From sequence record LC788709.1: DNA of 64,000 nt; one strand, written 5' to 3'. Below the pieces are notes generated by a model that was not told where the DNA came from, did no database searches, and was given only the letters and a program-made list of their open reading frames with translations. Within the stretch, counting starts at the first letter, position 1. Every line of letters starts with the position of its first letter. This document shows positions 21,809 to 32,223 of the stretch, piece by piece. Both the position numbers and the translations under genes were made by a program. This stretch comes from Escherichia coli phage Shin27.

Positions 21809-22332
21809 TATAAGAACCTTGCGAATCCTGATTTAGTTTCAGTCTTGACTTGTGTCTTTTCTTGAGGATTCTGTAGCTTTTCCTTTTGTTTAAGAACCCA
21901 TGCCTTCTGCTTATTAGCGGAAAAAAGAGGAGGTTCTTTAGTGTACACCTTATGTAATAGTTGGTGATGGTGTACACAAAGGGTAACAGTGTCATCTACT
22001 AGCTCATGCCTATATCTTTCATAGAATGCCGTCCTATTTGAGAGGACTGTTTCTTCGTCAGTGAAATCCAATTGGAGTTCTTTAGCAAATTTTTTGACTA
22101 GTAGAGACACTGTATGGTAATGATGAAGCTCTAATTCTTCACCACAACCACAGATTTCGCAGCGATCGGCTTTTTTATATTGACTTTTTATACCATCTCG
22201 CATGAGTGATATAGCATCACGTTTATATTTTACATTTCCTGCCACAGTATTCTCCTCAACTGTATGAATATAGTATACATAATCATGTCGAATTTGTAAA
22301 GGGGATTTTAAAATGCAGGAATGGGATACCAA
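21808..22332 (-). CDS. HNH endonuclease
   Basis: 174-aa ORF with CEICGC and HHY / VHHHQLLH motifs; inserted between terminase and portal. Confidence 0.5.
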   Translation of the reverse strand: MVSHSCILKSPLQIRHDYVYYIHTVEENTVAGNVKYKRDAISLMRDGIKSQYKKADRCEICGCGEELELHHYHTVSLLVKKFAKELQLDFTDEETVLSNRTAFYERYRHELVDDTVTLCVHHHQLLHKVYTKEPPLFSANKQKAWVLKQKEKLQNPQEKTQVKTETKSGFARFL

Positions 22333-22359
22333 CTGAGTAGTATCCCATCCTATACTTAT

Positions 22360-23676
22360 TTATTTCCCACGGGAAATTGAGTAAATTCCATAACGCAGTG
22401 CGTCACAAAGGTGAGAGTTCGCATCATGACGTGGTTTTTCACGTGATAATTTCTCTTCGCCTTCCTGGAAGTCCCACTTGTAGTTCGCTAGGGCGTGGAT
22501 CAATGAGGTACATGAAGCATCTACGATGATCTTACCTTGCTGGAACAGTGCTTGCAGGCATGCCAAACCATCTAGGACAGATTTCTTAGCAGGTGCAGAA
22601 GCGATTTCATGTTCATAGGCTAAGTCCTGACGGAACTGAGCAGCAGCGGAGTCTACAAATATACGATCAACATTATAACGATCTATGCAGTGTTGGATAT
22701 AAGCAGCGTGTTGAGCTGTAGTCTTTTCAGCTTGCTGATACTCTTCCAGTACGTAGTAAATATCTTCATCGTAGTGATACTTAATAGTAAGAACTGCTGT
22801 AGGATCACGATAACCAACGTCGATACCAAGTAATGTTTCGAATGCTTCATCATCTTTAAAGAAGTGACGCATACCCTTGAGGTCTTTAACATGCTCTATA
22901 GCATTGAAAGTATCAAAGATCTGACCTTCGAATACGGAGAAGTCAGCTTCATATTCTTGGCGGAAGTAGTTTTTACTAACAGTACGACGCGCTTCCTCGA
23001 TATCGTTCAGGTCAGCACGTGGGTTATCACGATATGTACCATGAATGGATACCCAGTTAGGTAACGTTTCGTTAAATCCTTTCTCGTAGAACTCTTTGAA
23101 CCAGTTACCACCACGAGGTGTGGAAATAAATAGAGCTTTAGAGTTTGGCTTATCTAGGGTAGGACGTAACTGAATATCGAAAGCTGCACCACCAACGTCG
23201 GAAATCGCTGCTTCGTCAAAAATGATGAAGTCATATGAACGACCAACCGCGGAGTCAGCCTGAGCCGCAGAAGCTAGTTTAAAGAGAGAACCATTCGCCA
23301 GTTCAATCTCTTTATCTTTGGCATTCTCACGTTCAGTCTGTAGTCCATACTTCTTAATAAGACCACGAATCTGAGACCAACCGATATTAGCTAGGGAGTA
23401 GTTAGGTGCAACTACCAGCACCTTCACATTAGGTTCCAGAAGTTTTAGGAACCCAAGTGTATATGCGATGAATGACTTACCTACACGACGTGATACACAT
23501 GCAGTCACGAAGCGGTGTTTTGGGTCTTCCAGCGCATTAATGATTGCAATCTGAGGGGCATTAGGTGTAATCCCCTCTTGAGCTAAAATGCTAGAGACTG
23601 GCAGACGGAAGAATCGTTTGTCAATACCAAAGTCAATAACATCTGTGGTGTTAATATAGTCTCTAGAGACTTTCAT
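22360..23676 (-). CDS. terminase large subunit
   Basis: 438-aa ORF; Walker A-like CVSRRVGKS, Walker B-like IIFDEAA, C-terminal nuclease acidic motifs. Confidence 0.85.
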   Translation of the reverse strand: MKVSRDYINTTDVIDFGIDKRFFRLPVSSILAQEGITPNAPQIAIINALEDPKHRFVTACVSRRVGKSFIAYTLGFLKLLEPNVKVLVVAPNYSLANIGWSQIRGLIKKYGLQTERENAKDKEIELANGSLFKLASAAQADSAVGRSYDFIIFDEAAISDVGGAAFDIQLRPTLDKPNSKALFISTPRGGNWFKEFYEKGFNETLPNWVSIHGTYRDNPRADLNDIEEARRTVSKNYFRQEYEADFSVFEGQIFDTFNAIEHVKDLKGMRHFFKDDEAFETLLGIDVGYRDPTAVLTIKYHYDEDIYYVLEEYQQAEKTTAQHAAYIQHCIDRYNVDRIFVDSAAAQFRQDLAYEHEIASAPAKKSVLDGLACLQALFQQGKIIVDASCTSLIHALANYKWDFQEGEEKLSREKPRHDANSHLCDALRYGIYSISRGK

Positions 23677-24158
23677 TATCTCTTACCTCCTCCTGCTAGA
23701 GCGGTAATAAGATTCATATAGTTTTCGTCACCACTTCCAGCAATAATATTATTCTGAATATTAGTCTGGTTAGCCGGAGTACGGGCTGCTGCCTTCACTT
23801 TCTCCAGTTCTACCATCATTTTCATTTCTTCCATCTTCATCTTGTGCGCCTTCCAGAGAATATCCATGATATCCTGGTCAGAACCCATGCCAGTTTCTTC
23901 AAGTTCTTCCAGCTTACGCTTGATAACTTCGTCAAGAACTCCGAATAAGCGGTCACGATTACGGAAGCCACTTTCCATAAAGATATCGTTGAGATAGTTT
24001 TTAACTTCCCCACGATTCATTATATCACGGAATGCAATCTCGGACATTCCAAGACTACGAGCGGCGGCAGGAACATCACTACCGCACTGTAAATAGGCTT
24101 CAATAACATCCATGCCTTCGGGAGACATGAGATCGGGAACTAATACATCATTTGCCAT
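23676..24158 (-). CDS. terminase small subunit (putative, HTH)
   Basis: 160-aa ORF translationally coupled upstream of large subunit; helix-turn-helix-like segment. Confidence 0.5.
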   Translation of the reverse strand: MANDVLVPDLMSPEGMDVIEAYLQCGSDVPAAARSLGMSEIAFRDIMNRGEVKNYLNDIFMESGFRNRDRLFGVLDEVIKRKLEELEETGMGSDQDIMDILWKAHKMKMEEMKMMVELEKVKAAARTPANQTNIQNNIIAGSGDENYMNLITALAGGGKR

Positions 24159-24168
24159 ATATCCTCCT

Positions 24169-25950
24169 TTAGGTTAGGCGTTGAACTGTTACACGTAGTC
24201 TTGGCAAGAAAACAGCTGCCGCTTCTGCAGCGTGAATGATAACACCCAACTCAACGTTGCCATTACCAAGGTTTTTAATAGTATAAATATATCCGTTCCT
24301 ACGGAAAGCAAACTCATCAGGCCTACTAGCCCAAGTCTGTGTATAACTATAGGAAGTTGTACTGTGATAAGGTACTAGATATCCAGGTGGCAGAGTAAGA
24401 ATCTGGTGGAATACACCATCACCAGCTGTATAACTTTGTTGACGTCTACCTTGTACCTGCCAAGCGCTACCGCCGTAAGTACGCACAGGCATTCCAGCAG
24501 TATTAAGATTACCCATAATAACTTCAGTAGTTAATATAACAGTAGAGTGAGCATTTGGTAATCCCAACCAAACTGTGGCCAAAGGTGTGTAGAAGTCACC
24601 AGCACCAGGGTAGGATGGAGTTATATCGTCCCCTACATAAGTACTTGCAACGTTGCCTGGGAATAACCTGAGTGGTACAGTACTAGGACTCCACACAGGT
24701 CCATGTTCATTACCAATGGAGTTGGTATTAGTATCTACATACCATTGTTTACCTACACCAAATTTATATAAGCTAATTTGAGAAGCTGCACCCCCATAGT
24801 TAACAGGAGACCACAACCCGCCATTACTAGAGCCGATAAATTCACATCGTGCAGTATTATCACCAAAAACTCCGGTATACGCAGCGTTATTACCAACATA
24901 CTCCATATCAGGGCGATAGCCTAAGTTTCCGAAAGCATTCTGGTTAATAAATTTATAGCCTGTATTTGGTAGGCTAACACCTTTAATAGTAAAATTAGAC
25001 GGAGATATTAGGATATCTGAACCGGTAAATGGATTACCAGAAACTCCCATACTACCATTAGAATAGCGCAGATTTAGCACATACCAAATAACCTTAGTTG
25101 GCGTAACGTTATACCAGTCCTGTACATATACCTTTCTAGCAGACTGAGCAGCCATATTAGAAGTAGAACCTCTACAAACATATATTTTTTCTGGGTATGC
25201 AGGAGATTGGTAAAGAACGTTTACGTTATCTGGTAGTACGCCTTTTTTACCTGCGAAGCCACGAATATTAGAACTACAAACATAAAACCAATCATGGCCT
25301 CTACCAGCAGAACCAATAGGCGCCTGCCAGTTAGGTTCCCAATAATCTGCGTTACCACCATCTAAAGGAACAGTAGAGACACCAGTTGGAAAACCCATAA
25401 GACTCCAGGCTCTGGCAATGGCTTCACCAGCAGAAACACCACCAGGTCTAAAGATCTGGAAACCAGAGGACTGTAGTAAACTGCCTCCAGAACCTTGCCT
25501 AGCAATAGATTCCTCATGACCAAGACCACCATTATAGATATAAGTACCATGAGCTAAACTATCACCGATCGCAAAAGCAGATGTTACAGATAATTCAGCA
25601 CCAGCACGTGGTGGGTCTTCAAAGAATGATAAGAACTGGCCAACCTGAGATTGAGTACCATTCAGAAATCCACGATGAGTACCGTTTATCTCAATAGCAG
25701 TTAATATAACTCTACCCGGATCATTGGATTTAATATTTATAATATCCCAAGGCATCTGAGTAACAAAGTATCCATTACCTGCATTACCTAGGGCTGCTTC
25801 ATAAGTCCCATCAACTAGGACAAATGGCATATCTGAGTGGAAGATACTATTAGTATTTGGAGAGTAGTGCTGATTTATATCACCACCATTAGCAGCGTTT
25901 AGAGATAATACAGTTTTACCATCACTAAATTTTCCTGCGAAAAAACTCAT
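24169..25950 (-). CDS. receptor-binding tail protein (T5 pb5/Oad-like)
   Basis: 593-aa Gly/Asn/Tyr-rich ORF at the end of the late module, divergent from a lipoprotein gene as for T5 oad-llp. Confidence 0.5.
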   Translation of the reverse strand: MSFFAGKFSDGKTVLSLNAANGGDINQHYSPNTNSIFHSDMPFVLVDGTYEAALGNAGNGYFVTQMPWDIINIKSNDPGRVILTAIEINGTHRGFLNGTQSQVGQFLSFFEDPPRAGAELSVTSAFAIGDSLAHGTYIYNGGLGHEESIARQGSGGSLLQSSGFQIFRPGGVSAGEAIARAWSLMGFPTGVSTVPLDGGNADYWEPNWQAPIGSAGRGHDWFYVCSSNIRGFAGKKGVLPDNVNVLYQSPAYPEKIYVCRGSTSNMAAQSARKVYVQDWYNVTPTKVIWYVLNLRYSNGSMGVSGNPFTGSDILISPSNFTIKGVSLPNTGYKFINQNAFGNLGYRPDMEYVGNNAAYTGVFGDNTARCEFIGSSNGGLWSPVNYGGAASQISLYKFGVGKQWYVDTNTNSIGNEHGPVWSPSTVPLRLFPGNVASTYVGDDITPSYPGAGDFYTPLATVWLGLPNAHSTVILTTEVIMGNLNTAGMPVRTYGGSAWQVQGRRQQSYTAGDGVFHQILTLPPGYLVPYHSTTSYSYTQTWASRPDEFAFRRNGYIYTIKNLGNGNVELGVIIHAAEAAAVFLPRLRVTVQRLT

Positions 25951-25975
25951 ACAATCTCCTTCTTTAAAAATGTAT

Positions 25976-26004
25976 TTGCTTAGATCCCTCTATTTTGCTA
26001 TAAT
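25976..26004 (+). promoter_or_regulatory. T5-type sigma70 promoter (TTGCTT-N17-TATAAT) for the llp-like gene
   Basis: consensus hexamers with 17-bp spacer, AT-rich leader ATATTTATAAATT, ~30 bp upstream of ATG at 26034. Confidence 0.6.
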
Positions 26005-26033
26005 ATATTTATAAATTAAACAGAGGAACGATT

Positions 26034-26300
26034 ATGAAAAAGTTACTAGCCATCGTAGTTGCAGCAGTAGTGTTGACGGGTTGTGTGCCAGCTCCCGAGC
26101 CATTTTGTAAGGCATATGTGAAGTCTTATGGTCATGTTGGTGAAGAACACTACGCTTTAGATATTCGAGAAGCACGTACTGTGGGCTACCGATTCCCTAA
26201 AACTCAGTTACGCACTAAGTTTGGGTGGTGGGATTTGTCACAGTTTGATCTCAAATATGGTGATTGCAAATTTAAACTAGAACAATCTGGTCACTTGTAA
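26034..26300 (+). CDS. llp: lipoprotein, Llp-like receptor-blocking / superinfection-exclusion candidate
   Basis: 88-aa ORF with signal peptide and lipobox LTGC; divergent from putative RBP gene; own sigma70 promoter. Confidence 0.55.
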   Translation: MKKLLAIVVAAVVLTGCVPAPEPFCKAYVKSYGHVGEEHYALDIREARTVGYRFPKTQLRTKFGWWDLSQFDLKYGDCKFKLEQSGHL

Positions 26301-26629
26301 TTAGTATAAAGTAAAAAGATCTCGAAGTAAACAAAAATTTTTATTTCTGGGATGAGGTACAGGTAGCAAACACAATGCAAGATGAAGAAAAGTCCTTTCA
26401 GGAACCTGTTAACTTTGAAATAAATCCCAGGAATAAAAAGCAATACATGATGCAATTGATGAAATCATTCAAGACGTCATAGAAGATACAATAGAAGACG
26501 TGATGGGAACATCCTTCTTACTAGAAGAATCCGGCTTCGACGAAGTAATGGATCTAATCGGGACAGTCGTAATGGTTCGTGCAATTGCTAGGGTATTCCA
26601 AATACCAAGACTATAGGAGAAGCAAAGAG

Positions 26630-26764
26630 ATGTCAGACGACAACAGAAGAAAGAACAGACGCGGGGAAGTGTACGAAAGTTGGATAAATAGTTTCGGATT
26701 CGGGACTGTGTTATTCTTTATCTTTGTACTCTTTTGGTTAGCAGCTATGGCGGGGTGGTTATAA
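26630..26764 (+). CDS. small membrane protein
   Basis: 44-aa ORF from ATG with AGGAG RBS, basic N-terminus and C-terminal TM helix; ORF track gives a longer GTG-start version from 26579. Confidence 0.35.
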   Translation: MSDDNRRKNRRGEVYESWINSFGFGTVLFFIFVLFWLAAMAGWL

Positions 26765-26868
26765 TGGAAGTAGTAATTATTACTTTACTAGTTGTGGTAA
26801 TTATAGGGCAGTGTATTTTAGATAACCACTTAGCTCGTATTGAACGTAAGCTGCGGGGAGATAAATAA
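26764..26868 (+). CDS. small membrane peptide
   Basis: 34-aa ORF, N-terminal TM helix, stop overlaps next start (TAATG). Confidence 0.3.
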   Translation: MEVVIITLLVVVIIGQCILDNHLARIERKLRGDK

Positions 26869-27062
26869 TGGATTGGTTAGGACTTATTACACTTGTAGTA
26901 TGGATTGTCTGGATTGTTGGATACATGACGTCACATCGTAATCGTATACAGAAGCTAGAGGATAAAGTCACCCAACTAAACATTAATATGGATAAGTTAC
27001 TGGACTCCCAACGTAATGATCGGGCGCGTATTCACCAACTTGAGAGGGAATTAGATGTTTAG
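26868..27062 (+). CDS. small membrane protein with coiled-coil tail
   Basis: 64-aa ORF, N-terminal TM, translationally coupled. Confidence 0.4.
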   Translation: MDWLGLITLVVWIVWIVGYMTSHRNRIQKLEDKVTQLNINMDKLLDSQRNDRARIHQLERELDV

Positions 27063-27300
27063 CTTTGTAGCTATCTTCATTATCGGAGTGCTTGCGGGGA
27101 TCTTCGGAACACTCGGGGCGATTAACAAGCATCGTGAATACGTTGCGGGAATATCGCGGGAGCTTTCGGAAAGGGAGCGGAGGTTTGCGGAGAAACGTGC
27201 GGAGTTTGAGCGGGAGTGGTCGGATGGATCTCGGGCGTCGCGGAGGAGATTTCGTATGTCAGAATCAGGAGACAAGCCGGTAGACCGGTGTTCCTCCTAA
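27055..27300 (+). CDS. small membrane protein with charged coiled-coil tail
   Basis: 81-aa ORF, N-terminal TM, R/E-rich C-terminus. Confidence 0.4.
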   Translation: MFSFVAIFIIGVLAGIFGTLGAINKHREYVAGISRELSERERRFAEKRAEFEREWSDGSRASRRRFRMSESGDKPVDRCSS

Positions 27301-27463
27301 GTTAGCGCTAATTACCAATTCTCGAAATCTCATAAGATTACACATGAAGGTGTGCCCAGAGGTTACCTAGATGAGAATGAGTCTCATTACCGCCCCGGTA
27401 CTTAGCAAGCTAATAGTCACACTATGTGATGATAACATAGTGTGACTATTTTATTTTTAATTG

Positions 27464-28198
27464 TTAGGCGACTTTTAATTTATCAATGAATTGTTGCGGG
27501 CTGCAACTATATTCTGCGCGTTCTTCCTCGGTCATACCTTCCCAACACATTTTTAAACGGTCGGCTAGGAATTGATAATCATTATCATCATCTAATGATT
27601 CATCAATAAAGGTTTCACCGATCAATGTTACGCCGATTGATAGGATATCATTAACGGCTTGAGCGTCCAGCGTTTTAAATCCAGCACTTGCCGCCGCCGA
27701 TAATACGCCTTTATGATCATCAATCATCGTAAAATCAGCGTTCGGATATAACTGTTTAAACAGTTCAAAGTAATAGCTTTTGTATACAGCGTCTTTACTA
27801 TGATATATTTCGCTAACCTTATCCGCTTCAAAGTATTTGTGTAATGTATCGCGAGAGAATACGCGGATATTGCTATTTCCGCGCCCTCGCAAGCCTTGTT
27901 TACGCAAATAAAAGTAATCGCTTTTAGACATAAGGCGCGCGGTACAAATAATATTTAAAGTATTTGCATCATTCATACATTGGCGCATATATTCAACCAA
28001 TGGCAATAAAGAATCCTGCATAATTAAATCATGTTTACAGGCTTCGCGTGAATACTTATTTAAATTTAAATTCCCGTTATCATCAAAGCAAGGCGCTACA
28101 CGGTGGAAAGAATTAATGATAGTTCCGTCTAAGTCCCAAATCATAACGCGGGAAATATGCGGGAAAGCGCGGGCAATATTCAAGGTTACTTGATTCAT
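27464..28198 (-). CDS. dmp: HAD-family 5'-deoxyribonucleotidase (T5 Dmp-like)
   Basis: 244-aa ORF with HAD motif I (IWDLDGTI); size and position next to A1-like gene. Confidence 0.65.
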   Translation of the reverse strand: MNQVTLNIARAFPHISRVMIWDLDGTIINSFHRVAPCFDDNGNLNLNKYSREACKHDLIMQDSLLPLVEYMRQCMNDANTLNIICTARLMSKSDYFYLRKQGLRGRGNSNIRVFSRDTLHKYFEADKVSEIYHSKDAVYKSYYFELFKQLYPNADFTMIDDHKGVLSAAASAGFKTLDAQAVNDILSIGVTLIGETFIDESLDDDNDYQFLADRLKMCWEGMTEEERAEYSCSPQQFIDKLKVA

Positions 28199-28285
28199 TT
28201 GTTACATTCTCCATTTAAGGGATTTAGGTTAATTCAATCTTGCCAGCTAATTATATTGGATTAGCTGGCAATGTTCAATTAACTA

Positions 28286-28678
28286 TTAATTAGTGAGGCC
28301 ATACGCTAGCGCGTCACCAATAAAGCTAATATCTTCACCATGTACGCTAGAACGAATCCCCGCGCAAGTGTAAACCATCGCGCTAGCTTCTGGATTGCAG
28401 ACCGGACACGGCTTAACAACTGCAAACGCTAGACCGGATTTAAGCGCATCAATAATAATTGTTTGCACTGTCAAAGTATCAGCGTAAACGCCTTTTGCTT
28501 TCGTATGGCTTGCCACTTTGCCGGTATCATAAGCAAAGGTAGTAACCTGCAAAGCGTCGTTATAATTCAGCAAATCAAAATTAACTTGCCCCGCCTCGAC
28601 GTGATAACGTTCACCATTAGAATAAACTAGAACGATGGAAGAAGTAGCACGATCAAAAGGAATGTTTTGGTTTTTCAT
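28286..28678 (-). CDS. hypothetical pre-early protein
   Basis: 130-aa ORF between dmp-like and A1-like genes. Confidence 0.4.
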   Translation of the reverse strand: MKNQNIPFDRATSSIVLVYSNGERYHVEAGQVNFDLLNYNDALQVTTFAYDTGKVASHTKAKGVYADTLTVQTIIIDALKSGLAFAVVKPCPVCNPEASAMVYTCAGIRSSVHGEDISFIGDALAYGLTN

Positions 28679-28710
28679 GTTTATGACTCCAGATTATTTA
28701 ATTACGGGAT

Positions 28711-28989
28711 TTATTGAAAAAATACATTTAAAGATAAATCAGTTTTACGAAAATATGTTTCGTCGCCGTCTTTCCTTTCTTGATTAAGGTAATCGCCTGT
28801 CATTACCTGAATATGATCTTTTTCGAAAAAGATCATATTTTCGCCAATATTACTATCCCATACGGCATACATTCCCGCGTACATTCCACGGGTAACTAAA
28901 TAAACGCAACTATCAAAAGACATTTCAGACCATGCAATATCTTCTAAACAATTGCTATCAGGGATAGATATATTAATTTTACTAGCCAT
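28711..28989 (-). CDS. hypothetical pre-early protein
   Basis: 92-aa ORF. Confidence 0.4.
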   Translation of the reverse strand: MASKINISIPDSNCLEDIAWSEMSFDSCVYLVTRGMYAGMYAVWDSNIGENMIFFEKDHIQVMTGDYLNQERKDGDETYFRKTDLSLNVFFQ

Positions 28990-29041
28990 TTAATAAACCT
29001 TTTATTAATGGCGGTATATTTCAACCGCCGATTAAATTTAA

Positions 29042-30706
29042 TTATGCAAAGAATTTACCGTTTTTGAAATCAATCAAAGTACGTTGCCCGTTTGCATAGG
29101 TAATTAAATGCGTTTGCGTCCAGCTTGACGCGCCCACGTTGTAGCCCATATCAAGGGAACCAGCAACGCCAGCGGTATAAACGCCGCCGTAAATGCTAGC
29201 CGTGTGAGTGTGACCAGTGTTAAGGCGTCCCAACTTTTTAAACTGCTTAGGATTGCCCCGACTGCCGTTAATGCCATTGTGACCATGTACGCCGCATTCA
29301 ATGCCAGCGATTTTAAAGGACTGGTCAGTAGTCAAAAAAATGGCGTTAAATTCGCATCCTGCAACGTTTCTAAGCGCATAATCTAACACGTTAAAGGTAT
29401 CATCCTTTTCAGCAATAGCGGCGTAAATCGCAGCGTTTAGACGGTGATACAGTTCCGCGTTTGCGGGATCATCTTTAATGTTTGCGTTACGATCATCTAA
29501 CCAGCGGGATAATGCTAAATCATGGTTAGATTCCACAATGATTGTTTGACTAAAATCACGTTCCATAGATTCTAATACGCGTCCAGTATCGATAAGATCA
29601 TCAATAACTTTATCACGTCCGGCGGCGTATTGTTTCGCAAGGAATACACCACTAGCGCGGTTATGATGGTTACGCGATGTAAAATCATGCACGTCATGAA
29701 TAAATTGATATTTCGGTTTAAGAATATCAAGCAAGCTGTTTTCACTAGCCCATGAAGCGACGGCGCAATCATCATCTAATTTTTCGGCGTGAATATCGCC
29801 ATATTGCAAGCCTAGAACATGATCGGACGTTTCAAAACATCCGGTAGGCATAGCGCAAACATTCAAATCATAGAACATTCCGCTTTCATCCATTGTTTCA
29901 ATCTGGCGAGCATAAAATTCGCCGTCGTCGTCGAACTCTACCAGCAAAGCGCCATAATTATGTAAAGCCTCAGCTTTTTGACCTGCTTTCTGCTGAATGT
30001 AGTTTTTAAGCGTAGCCGTTCCGGTTGAATACATACGGCACACTACTTCACCTTTTAACGCTGGCACACTTTCAGCGGTAATTTTAGCGTGACCAATTGC
30101 CAGACCTTCAATATTTAAAGCCGTGGCGGTTTCTGCGAATCCTGAAAGCGGGTAATCTGCCGTTGGTAAAACGTTAATTTCAGCCATGAAAGCAAAGCGG
30201 CGGTTATTTAAAAATACGTTTTTATCACAAACATATTTATCAAATGCGGGATCGTATTTAATACCGTTTGCCCCTTCCCCGTTCTGAAATCCGTTTTTGT
30301 TGTAAATGAATTTGCTAACAAGTAATTCAGCGCCGCAATATTCAGCGAATTTTTCCAGACTTGCTAAAAAGTTTTTATGCGGGAAAGTATTATTTTGAAT
30401 CGACGTTAGAATAAAACGGCGACCGGACTTAACTTCCCATTGCTCAACGGTGCTAGAAACAATTCCCGCCGCCTCTGGGCGATCATCGTTTTTAATCGCC
30501 TTTTCGGCTTTTGCCGCTTTCGGTTTCGCTGGTTTATTTGCTTCCAGCCAGTCACAAATTGCGGTCGAATGTTTCGGCGTACCATAAACAGCTTTTGAAA
30601 TATCGTCGCAAACTTCCAATTTAGTAGCGCGTAAACGCTTACCGTAGAAGTTAAAATCTGCGGCCATTTTCAAAATTTGAGCTTGTTTTTCTGCGGAAAT
30701 ATTCAT
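29042..30706 (-). CDS. A1: metallophosphoesterase, T5 A1-like (host DNA degradation / second-step transfer)
   Basis: 554-aa ORF with calcineurin-like motifs (GDIHAE, NHD, GHTHT); size matches T5 A1 as recalled. Confidence 0.65.
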   Translation of the reverse strand: MNISAEKQAQILKMAADFNFYGKRLRATKLEVCDDISKAVYGTPKHSTAICDWLEANKPAKPKAAKAEKAIKNDDRPEAAGIVSSTVEQWEVKSGRRFILTSIQNNTFPHKNFLASLEKFAEYCGAELLVSKFIYNKNGFQNGEGANGIKYDPAFDKYVCDKNVFLNNRRFAFMAEINVLPTADYPLSGFAETATALNIEGLAIGHAKITAESVPALKGEVVCRMYSTGTATLKNYIQQKAGQKAEALHNYGALLVEFDDDGEFYARQIETMDESGMFYDLNVCAMPTGCFETSDHVLGLQYGDIHAEKLDDDCAVASWASENSLLDILKPKYQFIHDVHDFTSRNHHNRASGVFLAKQYAAGRDKVIDDLIDTGRVLESMERDFSQTIIVESNHDLALSRWLDDRNANIKDDPANAELYHRLNAAIYAAIAEKDDTFNVLDYALRNVAGCEFNAIFLTTDQSFKIAGIECGVHGHNGINGSRGNPKQFKKLGRLNTGHTHTASIYGGVYTAGVAGSLDMGYNVGASSWTQTHLITYANGQRTLIDFKNGKFFA

Positions 30707-30814
30707 AACTAAATCAACTCCTATAAAGGGATAAATATTAATACTGGCAATATTGCCAAATATAACGCCTTGCCTGAAGTGAGGACAATTTAAAAGGCGT
30801 TATAATTTGCAATA

Positions 30815-31060
30815 TTATTCTAGAATTGGCATAAGACTAGAACTAAAACCGCAACTAATAGCCAGCGTTAAAAATATAATCGCTAGATATTTTTGTTTAT
30901 TAGCTTGACGTTTAAACATATCAGCGGCATAAGCTGAATTAATGCCGATAATAGAGATTATATATTTGCCGTAATTAAATATAAATATAGCGGCAACTAT
31001 AAATAAACCTAAAATAAACGCTTCACTAGGGAAGAAAATCATTTTAATAACTCCGGTCAA
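30815..31060 (-). CDS. small membrane protein
   Basis: 81-aa ORF with two predicted TM helices. Confidence 0.4.
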   Translation of the reverse strand: MTGVIKMIFFPSEAFILGLFIVAAIFIFNYGKYIISIIGINSAYAADMFKRQANKQKYLAIIFLTLAISCGFSSSLMPILE

Positions 31061-31100
31061 AGGGAAATTATAGCGGGGAATATTCCCCGCTAATTAGAAT

Positions 31101-31517
31101 TTATTCACCTGCGGCCTGTTTTACTTCCTCCGCTACGCCTAACAATTGCGCTACGGCGTCCAGCGTTTCCAGTTTAGCACTTTCAAGGCTTGCCAGATCG
31201 TCGGCATCTTTTACGATACCTGAATCAATGGCGTGTTTAGCGATGACGCGCACATAGTGAGCTTTACGAATTGAGCTACCGCCGCCAACTTTGCGAGGTT
31301 TATCGCTTTTCTGATAGGCTTTTGCGCTTGTCAGTTTAGAACGTACAGACACCGGACTAGCAGCACCAACGGCGGCGGCAATTTCTTTCAGGCCGTCACT
31401 GTTAGCAAATTCACTTCCGCTTTTAGCGACCATTTCAGAATACATAGAAACAGCTTTTTCGGTGTTTTCTTCGTTCCAAGAGAATTTTGCGGTTTTTTCG
31501 GTTTTAACGTTAGACAT
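31101..31517 (-). CDS. hypothetical pre-early protein (possible A2 equivalent by size and position)
   Basis: 138-aa ORF immediately upstream of A1-like gene. Confidence 0.35.
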   Translation of the reverse strand: MSNVKTEKTAKFSWNEENTEKAVSMYSEMVAKSGSEFANSDGLKEIAAAVGAASPVSVRSKLTSAKAYQKSDKPRKVGGGSSIRKAHYVRVIAKHAIDSGIVKDADDLASLESAKLETLDAVAQLLGVAEEVKQAAGE

Positions 31518-31805
31518 AATTTAATACTCCATTCAATTATTAATTAAGGGATTATGATTAACTAAATGTTAATCGCTATATATTCTATTAGCTAGAATAT
31601 ATATAACGGAAACATTTTATTTTTATTTCCAGTTTCAAGCGGTTTATTAATTCCCGAATATATTTATATTCTCACCTTACCCGGCTTGCCAGAGAATTAA
31701 TAAGGCAACATTGTATTTATACGCTGTTTATTATTCCGTTCACGCTAGGAATATTTCGAGTTATCTTTATTGCCTAACTAAGCATGATATGTAAGGCGCA
31801 TTAAT

Positions 31806-32057
31806 TTATGCGATAGCTTGCCATTTATCATCTTTCTGAATGATTTTTACAACGTCGCCAGATTTAACACGGACGTTATAAATAGGCTTGCCGTGGTTAC
31901 TGCGTTCCGTTTCCGCATAGACCGCTTCAATCTTATCAAAGGGATCAAGCGCCGCACCTTTAATACGTTCAGCTTTTCCAGTTAATTCATCCGTTTTAGT
32001 AACGAAAGGAATAAAAACGGATTGACCTACTTTCGGTGCGGTGATAACGTTTTGCAT
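31806..32057 (-). CDS. hypothetical protein
   Basis: 83-aa ORF with GGAG RBS. Confidence 0.4.
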   Translation of the reverse strand: MQNVITAPKVGQSVFIPFVTKTDELTGKAERIKGAALDPFDKIEAVYAETERSNHGKPIYNVRVKSGDVVKIIQKDDKWQAIA

Positions 32058-32223
32058 TTTTAATACTCCGGTTTATTGGGGGATTATTCCACAATAGCGC
32101 CTCGATACTTTGAAACGCTATTAGATTATAATCCGCTAGGAGTTAGCCTAAACATTACCGTTTTTCCAAATTGTTAAAGAGCAGTTACTACGGGGAACAT
32201 CTTAAAACCTATCGGCTAGCGTG

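Noticed and set aside
26579-26629. GTG-initiated N-terminal extension of the 26579..26764 ORF
   Set aside because: An in-frame ATG at 26630 with a strong AGGAG RBS is a more plausible start.
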